A stretch of 64,000 nt of DNA from Octopus vulgaris (Eukaryota): assembly GCA_951406725.2 (NCBI GenBank), contig OX597814.1:217186001-217250000 (forward strand), given 5' to 3'. Positions 39,982-53,693 of the stretch are shown piece by piece (the first letter of the stretch is position 1; every line of letters begins with the position of its first letter). The notes under the pieces are model-generated. The model was not told the origin of the DNA. It ran no database searches and worked only from the letters and a program-made list of their open reading frames with translations. A program made the translations under genes and the position numbers.

Positions 39982-40214
39982 AAATGAAGAAAATGCTGAC
40001 AAAATAATTTAAGTAATTTAAGTAATTTAATTAGGTGAAAGTTCTTTTTACCGGTTGCGCATTTGTTATGCTTATCAAAAGTTTCTTCCTCTTATAAGAG
40101 GAAAAAACTTTTGATAAGCATAACAAATGCGCAACCGGTAAAAAGAACTTTCACCTAATTAAATTACTTAAATTACTTAAATTATTTTGTCAGCATTTTC
40201 TTCATTTCCTTTTT
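39975..40214. repeat. 240-bp spacerless palindrome next to (TA)n
   Basis: 120-bp arms, centre ctta|taag 40094/40095, single mismatch 40085/40104. Confidence 0.95.
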
Positions 40215-40248
40215 ATATATCACAACTCGTGTTCCACATCTCCTTTTT

Positions 40249-40315
<67 letters not shown>

Positions 40316-41058
40316 GTATATACATTTATATATGTATATGTATATATATATATATGTGTTTATGTATGTATATATATATATATATATATGTATGTATATA
40401 TAATGTGTATGTATGTGTGCATGTATATGTATGTATGTGTGTTTGTATGTATGTATATGTGCTAAGATGTATCTATATTTTGTTAGGCCATCTGATCACC
40501 ACTGACAGAAACACAGTCTTCTTTATGTAGACATTCATGTACACAAGTCTAAATGTAGAATTATATTTTAATATATATTATCTTTTATGCTGATGTTGGA
40601 TGACGTTATTTTGGGTATGAATGAATCATTGGTTCTGTGTGGGAAAGTACTTCCAAAATTGGTTCAACATGTCGTTGTAATATACTAAATATACTCAAAT
40701 CAGGACACTCTAGTACAACCTCTACTACAGTCATTTCCTTTCATTGAAGACTTTTACAAAATCGTACGAGTAAATGTGTTAATAATTGTAGCAGTTCTAT
40801 AAAAACCCGAGTCTATGCATTTGTTCACTGAATTTATATTATCCTTATACCTGACTGGACCATGAATATCTGTCTTTCTCCACCCCATCTCCTCTCTTTC
40901 ACCGACATCCACACGTATAAATGGCCGGTTCTGTATTATGAATCTCTATAAATTATTTGAGTCAGAAAAAAACTGAACATCACAGCTTAATATTTTTTAA
41001 AATATGACTTTTGAGATATTCAAGGTTCAGTGTAGCAGTGCTTTTTGTAACAAAGCAA

Positions 41059-41288
41059 TTACTCTTTACTCTTTTACTCTTTTACTTGTTTCAGTCATTT
41101 GACTGCGGCCATGCTGGAGCACCACCTTTTAGTCGAGCAAATCGACCCCGGGTCTTATTCTTTGTAAGCCCAGTACTTATTCTATCGGTCTCTTTTGCCG
41201 AACCGCTAAGTGACGGGGACGTAAACACACCAGCATCGGTTGTCAAGCAATGCTAGGGGGACAAACACAGACACACAAACACACACAT

Positions 41289-41344
<56 letters not shown>

Positions 41345-41507
41345 GACAGGCTTCTTTCAGTTTCCGTCTACCAAATCCACTCACAAGGCATTGGTCGGCC
41401 CGGGGCTATAGCAGAAGACACTTGCCCAAGGTGCCACGCAGTGGGACTGAACCCGGAACCATGTGGTTGGTTAGCAAGCTACTTACCACACAGCCACTCC
41501 AGCGCCT
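41059..41507 (-). mobile_element. SINE family B, full length
   Basis: tRNA-like head, internal (TA)n(TG)n, (taaaagag)n tail. Confidence 0.92.
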
Positions 41508-41895
41508 ATAAACATTTCGGTTAATAATGCACTGTTTTATCTCTACGCCTCTTCATCCACTGCATAAATGCTTCTGGTCGCCTGCACCAAATAATTTCAC
41601 ATGTCCTCTTCCCGATCTCGCTCGTCACTCCTATTTCTCATCATTTCGTCATCCCTACTCGTCCTACAGCGAGTCATTTCGTAAATCCATCTCTGAATAT
41701 TTTAAAATATTTTTCTTCTCCGGAATTGGTTTGAATTCAAGCTTCTGCCCACTTTTTTCCTGCAGATATTGAGACATCAATCTTATTAGTCACACATGTG
41801 CAAGGAGTGCTGCACATGTCATAAAAATTAACTCGCTCCTTTAACTTATTTAGAATATGATAGAATATCAAACACACACACACACACAAACACAA

Positions 41896-41933
<38 letters not shown>

Positions 41934-42534
41934 GTGCAAGAGTTTGTAACTTTACTCACTACCAAAATGCTTGAGAGACAAGGGAGTCTCTGTGAGGTTT
42001 ACGACCTGCTAGAAATATTAACCAAATCTGCCTGAAACCTAACAGGCCATCTTAGGAAATAATATATTGAGTAATGTAATTTGAAAGGACACTTTAGTAG
42101 AAAAAAATGTGTTGCTCATGGCTGGAAATGTCTTTCAATCATATGCCTGCTTAATAAAGAGCAGCGACTTGGGGCTAAGAAATAAACAACTCGTCTAGAA
42201 AAGACGGATCCAAGTAGTTAGGATCCTGTTGATTTGTCTGTTGTTATTGTTACTATCAAGTTTAAACATCAAAACATTTTATATCTGTCATGTTTTATTG
42301 CAGCAGACAGTAAACCGAAGATAGATTGAATTAAAAAAAAAAAAAGAAAAAAGAAAGAAAATTGTCTGTAAACTTCAATACTGTTTGGAAGATCTTGTTG
42401 CTGATATTGAACAAGGAGCTTGGCAAATGACAGCAAATTGTATACCATTTCACTTTATAATGTAACACTCCTTATTTTTCGAGCATGTTCCGGAGTATTC
42501 GAGCGGTTCCAAATGAGGAAAAAATCAATATGAG

Positions 42535-42786
42535 AGGAATAGCAAAAATAGAAATGTACCGGAACCTAGCCGTTGAATTGCAGGGACTACGTGCGGGTAA
42601 AATGTATCCCAGTTGTTATAGCTGCATTGGGAAACATCCCTAAAAATCTGAACAGATGGATAGAGGAAATAGGCACAAAACCCAGCTTAGTGCAACTCCA
42701 GAAAACAGCTAGGATACTTAGGAGGGTTCTTGACATCTAAGGTTACTTGTAACTTGTAACAGTCTAATCTATTGTGCGTATATGAA

Positions 42787-42844
<58 letters not shown>

Positions 42845-43195
42845 GCAAAAGGGGCTGATAGCTACCTAACTCAGATACCAGGAAACCCCCAAAATGGCAG
42901 AAATTCAAAAGATAGTGCTTATGGGAACTGCTCATATCCTACGCAAAATACTTTCTATGTAATCTCAAGGTTTAAAAGAAACATAATTTTCGGTTTAAAA
43001 AAAAAAAAAAAAAAACCTTTTTTTTTTTAGACATTCATTAGTACAACACCCCCACCCCCAAATATATGGCACACTAGGCATAACAACAACATGAACTTCC
43101 AATCCTGTTGTCTCTTGAGGTCTCTGGGTGAGACTTGGAGCCAACTTGTACAAATATAAAGCAAAAGTCAAACATAGAATAATTATAATAATAAT
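42535..43195 (+). mobile_element. Two tandem R4/Dong-like 3' ends separated by (TAA)n
   Basis: KIEMYRNLAVEL...PVVIAALGNIPKNL...ILRRVL (42540-42740) and GADSYLTQIPGNPKMAEIQKIVLMGTAHILRKIL (42845-42960). Confidence 0.8.
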
Positions 43196-43784
43196 GATAA
43201 TAATAATAATAATAATATGTCATCAAAGTGACACTAGGGTACAAATATACGAAGCCCAATAAACCCATCATGACTACCCGTCTGACATGGGTAAACCAAG
43301 CACATACATCACCACCATATGTGTGCGATATGATGATTCATATCAAGATAAACAGCACAGGACCTTGCAGGTGGGGTACAGTTAGAATTTTCTTCATGTT
43401 GAGTAGCTCATCCCGCTCAAAAGGTCCCAGGATAATGGTTGATTCAGTATTTTGAACAAAACACCCATATTTCCAGAGGGGAATTATTCAAACTCCAAAG
43501 AATTCCTATCAGCACATTGCTATGATGCTCCCACTACTCTTGCTCGTGATCAGAGATGCACATATCGTCAGCCACCAAGGGACATGCTCAACTGGTTAAG
43601 GTCAAACAACTGACAAGCAGAACTGTGGTACTGAGCAGAATATTTGCTGTAGACCGAGACAAAATACGTACACTTCCAATCAGTTGAGAGCCGAAGCCAT
43701 GAATTCACTACTTGTTACTGCATATTATTACATGTTAATGAGGGTCTCTCCGAATTATAAGAGTCTCTCCGAATTATAAAAATC

Positions 43785-44080
43785 TTCTGAGTTCAAATTC
43801 CGCCGAGGACAACTTTGCCTTTCATCTTTTCAGGATCGATAAAGTAAGTACCAGTTGAACGCTGGGGTTGATGTGATAAACTCATCCCCACCTCCCCCAG
43901 CCTGCCCTTGTGGCAAAAATTTGAAATAATAATGATTATAATGAAGAAATTTGCTTCCCAACTATTTAGCTCCGTGGTTAGTCCCACTGCGAGGCACCAT
44001 GGATAAGTGTCTTCTACCATAGCCCCGAGCCAACCCTGTGAGCGATTTTGGTAGACGAAGACTGAATGAAGCCTGTCATA
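43785..44080 (+). mobile_element. SINE D fragment (43785-43925) and SINE B 5' fragment (43940-44080)
   Basis: Family motifs as above. Confidence 0.75.
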
Positions 44081-44340
44081 CATGTACAATTGGCCTATCC
44101 AATTGCGTTACACTGCTAAATCTAGCGGGTATTTAAACGATTTGTTCGTGGTTGGTTAGAGGGTTAGATGTGGTGCTGAAGAAGAAGCAATAATTACTGA
44201 AATATGCATATACACCCATTACCCATATTTGGTATCTTCGATTGCATTCTCTAGATACAAGTATTCATATACGAAACGTTGTAGCTCTCAGTGCTGGCTC
44301 TAAATTCTGTAGCATATCTGTAGAGATTACTTCAAAAAGT

Positions 44341-44411
<71 letters not shown>

Positions 44412-44470
44412 CACATATACATACATAATCACACAAATATATATGTATGTGTGTGTGTGCATTTAAATGC

Positions 44471-44506
<36 letters not shown>

Positions 44507-44514
44507 CAGTGAAA

Positions 44515-44529
<15 letters not shown>

Positions 44530-44552
<23 letters not shown>

Positions 44553-44690
44553 CGGGAAAGTTTACGAAAATAAACGAAAGACGAACGCAGGTGGAGTACA
44601 AACAAAGAAATGTATTAGTATAGCGCTCATGAATAGAAATAGAAAAAAGTCTTTTACGTTTCGAGCCTACGCTCTTCGGCAGCTTTTGCA
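44530..44690 (-). mobile_element. (TA)n-anchored element end with mutated hammerhead
   Basis: Minus strand CUGCCGA-a-gagc-guag-gcuc-GAAAC-GUA-aaag at 44651-44682; related to 61461-61660. Confidence 0.6.
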
Positions 44691-45416
44691 TATTCTGGCA
44701 GAGAAGGAACATTGCTTATAAACTACGGACCCAAACTGTAATTGGACAATCCTTGAAGGAATGAGCAGAGACTCTTTGTCGGGAACGCAGTAAGGGAAAT
44801 TAAAAGATAGATTTTCAGAGATGCTATAGGCTTTTATGCTAATAGCAAGGTATTAACATAATACAACTGGGTGCTGGAGTAAATTTTCAGCTAATCCAGG
44901 ATACACACACGCACATACGAGCGCACACAACACGCGTGTCTGTAAGTACATATTTATATATATTTATACTTATGATATACATATATATACTTAAGCTTAT
45001 AGACGTATGTATGTGCGTTTGTGTAGGTACTTATGTACTAGTATGAATTTTATATATTTGCGCATATATACGCCTATGTATGAGTACGCCCACGTGCATT
45101 TGTGTGCACATATATGTTCGCGTGTTTGCGTGCGCGTGTGTACGCGTGTGTGTCTATGTATAGGAGAAATATTAAAAAATACGGAAATATAATGAAAGTG
45201 TTTACTTCAATTCAAAATATAACTTTAAATAGCTTTTTTTCTTTCATAATTTAAAAATACCATAGCAACAATAATCACGGATAGTTTCCTCTCGGTTTCC
45301 GTATAAATGTTATGCATGCATACATAGATACCTACATTTATGTATGCATATATCATGTATTTATCGGTATACGTATAATGTATATATACATATGTATATA
45401 TATATATATATGTGTA

Positions 45417-45477
<61 letters not shown>

Positions 45478-45872
45478 ATTGGTGAATTGAAGAAATGGAG
45501 CTGAACGCAGATTGAACAGAAATCGTTTTATTTCATTCTACACGTGTTTCGAAAATTATATATATATATATATATATATTATATACATATATATATATGT
45601 ACATATTTGTTTTTGGTGTATTTATTCATTCTAAAGTGATCTTATGATGGTAACATGTGCTATTCCATTTTCTTCGGATGGTTCACTGCTACATAATGGT
45701 AGAGAACTACCAACAGGAAGAGCCCAACACCAAGAGCATTAGCAAAAATGGCTAACTGAACGTCTGTGATCATTCTGTTAATTATAATTAATTAATTAAT
45801 TAATTAATTATAATTAGCAATTAGCAAGGGTTGAGTCTTGATGTGAATCGTGGCTTTCTTTCTGGGAAGATT

Positions 45873-45922
<50 letters not shown>

Positions 45923-46328
45923 TACATATATATTTGTGTGATTATGTGGTACGTATGATTTACGTATCCTGCATGTTGCAAAAATATTGCAAAATAATCT
46001 TATCTGGAAAACATCTGAATGCAATATCTCATCGTAAACTTTAGCATCACTGACATTAACATCGCTAGAAATTCGATCTGCCCTTCCCATGGGACATATA
46101 TTTTAGGGATGGCTACAAAAGTATCAAATTGTGTTGGTGCATTTATGTGTTTACTTTTACTTACGTGTACGTGTTTGTGTATGCAAGAGACCCGTTAGTT
46201 TCCTTAAGCGTAGACATATGCGTTTATGCAAGTGCTGTTGAATCTATAAATATATGCATGTGTTTCATTTTCAGCTTTACGTATACGTCTATTTGTCCGT
46301 TGGATATCGTTTTGTGTGTACATGTGTG

Positions 46329-46638
46329 AGGGCAGCGGTTTATTAAGCGAAAACACCAAAAAGCTCCACGAGGCTCCGGCAGGGGATGGTGGTGATCCCT
46401 GCTGTACTCTTTCACCACAACTTTCTCTCACTCTTACTTCCTGTTTCTGTTGTACCTGTATTTCAAAAGGGCCGGCCTTGTCACTCTCTGTGTCATGCTG
46501 AATATCCCCGAGAACTACGTTAAAGGTACACGTGTCTGTGGAGTGCTCATCCACTTGCACGTTAATTTCACGAGTAGGCTGTTCCGTTGATTCGGATCAA
46601 CCAGAACCCTCATCGTCGTAACCGACGGAGTGCTTCCA
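46329..46638 (+). mobile_element. SINE family A, head partly deleted
   Basis: Body and tail match other copies. Confidence 0.88.
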
Positions 46639-47279
46639 ATTATATGTATTATGTTACTGTGAAGCGAAGTGTCTCCTGCGCGTCAAATCGCAGCCCGACC
46701 GGTGAACGAGTAAAGCACATAAGCTGTGTATGTGTGTTCGATAATGGCATAAATATTGTGACTAACAGAAGATGTGCAGTTCCAATAGAACTAAAACAGA
46801 AGGTAATCGAAGTTCAAATGTAACTTTAGAAAATATTTTGAAGGTAGAGCTAGAAATAATTTCTTCTGTGGAATTCACCTGCACACCTCAAATATATGTA
46901 TGAACGATGCACAACAGAATACACACAGCATGTATCGCATTTTAAAGTTATCTCTATAGATTTTCTATAGTATTGACGAATAAGCCTTTAATAAATTTGG
47001 TAGTCTCTTACCGGCAATTTAACTGTATGTAATTTGTGGGATCTAGTGTTTCTCCTTCGCAAAATGAGCCTCCCTTCATTTTGCTCAGATTGCTTTCAAT
47101 TTTGGTCTAACGATGCAGCTCTGAATTTTGATTACGATCAATACTTTCTCTCGTAAATTAAAGAATCTGATGTTATTTAGAATTAAATTTGGGAAATTTG
47201 GGTAATTTTAGCCAATCAACAGACAGCGTGGCATTAGCAACTTGTTACCATGACAACTGCACGCTGTGTTGAGGTTCAC

Positions 47280-47785
47280 TGTTGTTTGTGCCGCTATGTC
47301 TATGTTGATTTCAACCGAGTGTTTTAATTTTTCTGTGCGTTAGTATATCAGATATTTTCTTTCCACGGGACCAGCGTTCGGCCAAGCCTGTTCTTTCTTT
47401 TTGGTCTGGCCATTGTCCGTGCAACATCGTTATTTCTCCCTGTGTTTGTGAAATCTTCTACCCATGCCGTAAGGCTTCATTTCCACACATGCCAGCTTAA
47501 TTTAATTTGTCCTTAGTCGAAAGACACCTGTTGTTATTATTATTTTAATTTTTATTGTATTTGTGTAACGTCCGTTTCTTCCGTCCTTGTTTTTGTATAT
47601 TATTCTCTGCTTTCTTCCAAGGAATCTAATGCTCTTAGCTTAGTTTTTCCTTGGGGCTGGGCAGATTGGATTAATTTCAAGTATTATCAGCCGAAATTGC
47701 GAGGACAATCTGGTGCTTGACTGAGGAAAGAAAACTTCGAATGATCCGTCCTTGTTTTCTTTGTATCGTCTATCTGGATGCTTTA
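47280..47785 (+). repeat. Unclassified (TA)n-anchored repeat, homologous in reverse to 48160-48550
   Basis: cttgactga..a...cttcgaatg..ccgtcc.tgtttt.tttgtatcgtct and atcagccgaaattgc shared. Confidence 0.7.
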
Positions 47786-47809
47786 TATATATATGGGGAC
47801 TGTGGTGGG

Positions 47810-48095
47810 GTGGCCAGATAACATTTTCAACTTCACTAGAATGTTCCTGTGTGAATTCAGCTGTGTGAATTGGTGTACATTATCATCCTGAAAGATTGCG
47901 TTTCTTTCCGGAAACAGTTCCGCAACCATAAGATAAATTTGATCAGATAAAATGCTTAAATAGTCTTGACTATTACTGCTGCCATGAACAGAAAGCATTG
48001 GACCGTCAGATTTCCAAGATATAGTTCCCTAGATCATCACTGATCCTCCTCCAGTTAGAAGAAGGCAGTCTGGGTCAAATGCTTCTTTTGTCTTT
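47810..48095 (-). mobile_element. Tc1-type transposase fragment
   Basis: GGSVMI-GTISWKSDGP, DYLSILSDQI, AIFQDDN. Confidence 0.8.
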
Positions 48096-48111
48096 CTCCA
48101 CACTTATACTC

Positions 48112-48159
<48 letters not shown>

Positions 48160-48162
<3 letters not shown>

Positions 48163-48546
48163 GAAAAATACAAACTGGGACAAGAACGTAAAACATTTAG
48201 AAGACGATACAAAAAACACGGACGGGACATTCGAAGCCGTCAATCTTCAGTCAAGAACCAGATCATCCTAGCAATTTCGGCTGATTAATCTTGAGATCGC
48301 TCCGATCCAGCCAGCCTCAAGGAACAACTAAGCTACGAGCATTAGCTTTCTTGGAAAAAGGATCGAATGTATACGAAACAGGGACAGAAAAACGGACGAT
48401 GCCACACGAATATAAAATACAAAAAACAATAATAGTAAAAACAGGACAAAAACAGCGGGTGTCTTACGACTATAGACAGTACAACTTAGTTTAGCTGGCG
48501 TATTTTGGAAAAAAATGCCTTTTTCGGCAGACGAAGACAACGATGT

Positions 48547-48550
<4 letters not shown>
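48160..48550 (-). repeat. Second member of the unclassified repeat, between (TA)n tracts
   Basis: See 47280-47785. Confidence 0.7.
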
Positions 48551-48603
<53 letters not shown>

Positions 48604-49134
48604 CATACATGCATATATATAATCTGTAAATACTAATATTATTTTATAAACTTTAAGCGATCACCGTGTATTGAGACTACATATATATGAACTTATAAAT
48701 GCATTCACATATATATATGCACACACAAACACAGATAGACAGACAGACCAACAGATACTCTGCATGGTGCCTTAAAAAAACAGTGACCTAATTTTTTTCG
48801 TAGAGGACAAAAAGCAAACAAACAAACAAAAACGAACACACAAATGCAATACTGCGTCATAAACTTTAGCATCACTAACATTAATGTCGCTAGAAATTCG
48901 GTCTCGTTTTTCCATTTCACTTGTATTATATTTCTAAATACGCAAGACTCTACTAGTGCAAGTTCATTTCTGTGTGGCCAGTGTGCACATGCATGAGCGT
49001 GTGAAAGAAGGAGGGGGTTATGACAGTTGTATACATATACATGTATGTATAGATATTTTCTGGGAGAGCTTTTTCATGTTTGATATCAACAACTTTGTTT
49101 GTATATGCATATATTTGTTTGTATATACATATCG

Positions 49135-50700
<1,566 letters not shown>

Positions 50701-51154
50701 TGCCGATATGTACAGATCTTTATCAGCCTATACATACATACATACATACATACATACATACATACATACATACATACATACATACATACATACATACATA
50801 CATACACACAGAGGTAAAGTACAAATAAATATATACGGAAAACTTATACTTGAAGAAAGGCTCTAAACTTCAATGATAAGCGTTTAAACGGGAAACGGTG
50901 AGAAGGAAAGACACTCCAAAACCGTTGCACTGAGTGTACAAATAAACAAAATATTCTTCTCGTTTTCGAAGCGATCTTTCTTATCTCTCATGTTTTCTTA
51001 TCTCTCGCGTTTTCTATTTGTTTTAACTTTACTTTTATATTTATATGAAAAATTCACGTTGGCAAATCACGTTATCTCATGGAAGACGTCAATTTATTTA
51101 GTTACTTAAGGATGAGAATTTGTTTGAAATTATTACATAAATGGCCAACCATTT

Positions 51155-51492
51155 CATTTGATCTCAACCGGGGTCCACATGGCCCCTGAAGGTCCATGTA
51201 AGATTTTTGGGGATTCATGTAACAAAATAATAAATTGGGCATCCACAATAGTAAGGGACCCCGAAAAAAATTTTGCTTCAGATGTATGTATTGATATGTA
51301 TTATAAGAAACAGTAGGTTCCTTTCCCTAACATTTTACAAGTTAATACACAAGTGTGAAAAACAAAATAGGAATTTTGAAAGAAGTTTCGAAAAAACTAG
51401 TTTTTAAACTTTGAATGGCACAGGGGGACCACCAGAATAAATTAGTAATCAAAAGGGTCCATAGGTAAAAAAAAAATGGTTGAGAATCCCTG
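51155..51492. mobile_element. hAT-type MITE, decayed
   Basis: Right TIR ggttgagaatccctg; left tctcaaccggggtcc; repeated ggtcca subterminal motifs; TSD not conserved. Confidence 0.6.
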
Positions 51493-51542
51493 CATTAGAT
51501 AGTGAATGTATAACAAGGAGGGAATAAGATCAAGGTACCGAA

Positions 51543-51838
51543 TGTAGTTGTGGTGTTAGCGGTGTTATGGGCTGTGATGAGCTATGTGGTGTTGGTGGAG
51601 AGGGTTGTAGATGAGGTAAAAGGGAAGTGAAGACTGCAGGGGCCGGCGGAAGAGCCACAGGGGCATGCGTGGGCAGGAAGCACGTGTGGTCAGTTCGAAC
51701 AGAGACGGCAGCGAGCAAAGACGTGTTTATTTCTTGAGGGTGATCGCTCATTCCACCGAGGCCAACAGGTAAGGCCCTTTGTATTTCTTTCTCCCGTTTG
51801 CTTCTTCTTCTGTTGTCCTTTTCCTCCACCACACTACA
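51543..51838 (-). mobile_element. Putative solo LTR
   Basis: TG...CA ends with inverted termini tgtagttgtggtg / caccacactaca; GC-rich; minus-strand AATAAA ~51726; no TSD found. Confidence 0.5.
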
Positions 51839-52239
51839 GTAGTTAAAGAAATCCTTGTGATTAATGATTGAGCAGTGTATTTTTGTGCAAGAATTGCGAG
51901 ATAACTAGGGTTAGAGTTAAGGATAGAGTAGAAGAAAAACTAAGTGGTCCGTGTGCTGGATTCATACTTCTGTTGCCGTCTCTATATTTCATTTATTTAT
52001 TTTTTCGTGTAATTGAATGACATGAAAATTGGCGCCAGTAATATACTTTTACACACCTTCCGTTAAAGCCTTCTCACTAACACAGTTTGACGTCGATTCT
52101 GATGAATAGAGACCCGTATTTCATTGCCTCATGCGAGCAGCTTTAATGTCAAAAAATTATTGAGAGCAATAAATATTTTATCAGCTGACTGATGTTAAGA
52201 CGAGGTTTTGATTCCTGCTCGGAGACAATTCAATACACA

Positions 52240-52494
52240 TTCTTTTCTACTCTAGGCACAAGGCCCGAAATTTTGAGAAGGGGGCCCAGTCGATTAGATC
52301 GACCCCAGTACGCAACTGATTTATCGACCCCAAAAGGATGAAGGGCAAAGTCGACCTCGGCGGAATTTGAACATTCCGAGGTTTCTGTGTCGTCAATCAG
52401 GCAAAACGACTTCATCTACTCTATGGGTAGTTCTTATTGTGTGTCCGTGCGGGCGCGTGCGTGCCAGGAAGAAATATAGAAAGAGAGAAAGAGG

Positions 52495-52532
<38 letters not shown>

Positions 52533-53057
52533 CTGGCATCCGACGGAATCAAGCTGCAGGAAATACAGTCTGTTTATTTCGTGTCAAAATATATAAATAA
52601 ATAAAACTTAAACTTCATTCAAAGCAGACGATATTCTATAGGAGTCAGTAATAAAAAATATATTTCGTTATTGCCCACAGGGAACTAAACATTGAAGGGA
52701 GAAACATGGACAGACAAAAGGATTAAGTCGATTACATCGACCCCAATGCGTAACTGGTACTTATTTAATCGATCCCGAAAGGATGAAAGGCAAAGTCGAC
52801 CTCGGCGGAATTTGAACTCAGAACGTAACGGCAGACGAAAAACCTATTTCTTTAGTACCCACAAGGGACTAAATACAGAGGGGACAAACAAGGACAGACA
52901 AACGGATTAAGTCGATTATATCGACCCCAGTGCGTAACCCCGAAAGGATGAATGGCAAAGTCGACCTCAGCGGAATTTGAACTCAGAACGTAACGGCAGA
53001 CGAAATACCGCTAAGCATTTCACCCGGCGTGCTAACGATTCTGCCAGCTCGCCGCCC
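52240..53057 (-). mobile_element. SINE D copies, including a tandem dimer at 52660-53057
   Basis: ggattaagtcgatta.atcgacccca...aaagtcgacctc.gcggaatttgaactcagaacgtaacggcagacgaaa occurs twice. Confidence 0.85.
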
Positions 53058-53289
53058 TATCAGTAATAAAATATTGGATAAAGTATTTTCAATAAAATAA
53101 TGTAGTTCAGCGCAATGAACAGTCATTGATTTTAGTGTCATGGGATGTCTAAAAATATTCGTGCCGCTGTTTAAACCAGGCCTCACACTTCATCTGTCAG
53201 ACTCTTTTTGTTTGTCTGTTATTCTACATTTGTAAATATATATATCTTCACATTCATTATTCGAATAAATAAACGCATTTATACATAAA

Positions 53290-53693
53290 CTAGCAGTATC
53301 GCCCGGCGTTGCTCGGGTTTGTAAGGGAAATAACTATAAAGCATTTTTAGAGAGTTATAGCCCAAAAATAGCAAAAAATGCATTAAAAATGGAAAAAATA
53401 TAATGGTAAATTTTTTTTTAAATCTTTGACTCATCGTAGACATTTTTAGAGAGTTACTTCCCTTTTAAAAAAATGCATTAAAATGGAAAAAAAATTATGG
53501 TAAATTATTTTAAAAATCGTAGACTCATCGTAGACTCATCGTAGACGCGCGCTAATAGCCAGACGGGCTCGATATGAATCACGACTATAAGATACCCGAA
53601 TTTGGTTAAACTGCACCGCAAAATGTGGGAGTAGTTAGGAATCTAATTCGTAGGAGACAGACACTCACACAACTACAGTTTTATATATATAGA
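53290..53693 (-). mobile_element. Non-autonomous Helitron (same family as 26007) with internal duplication
   Basis: TC start, hairpin and CTAG end on minus strand; duplicated catttttagagagtta...gactcatcgtagac block. Confidence 0.88.

Noticed and set aside
43215-43705. Possible additional SINE-like repeat on the minus strand
   Set aside because: Single copy in the window with no TSD or clear promoter boxes; cannot classify without a search
50868-50905. atgataag-cgtttaaacg-ggaaacggtga as a variant hammerhead
   Set aside because: Position 3 and the cleavage triplet are wrong; too degenerate to support
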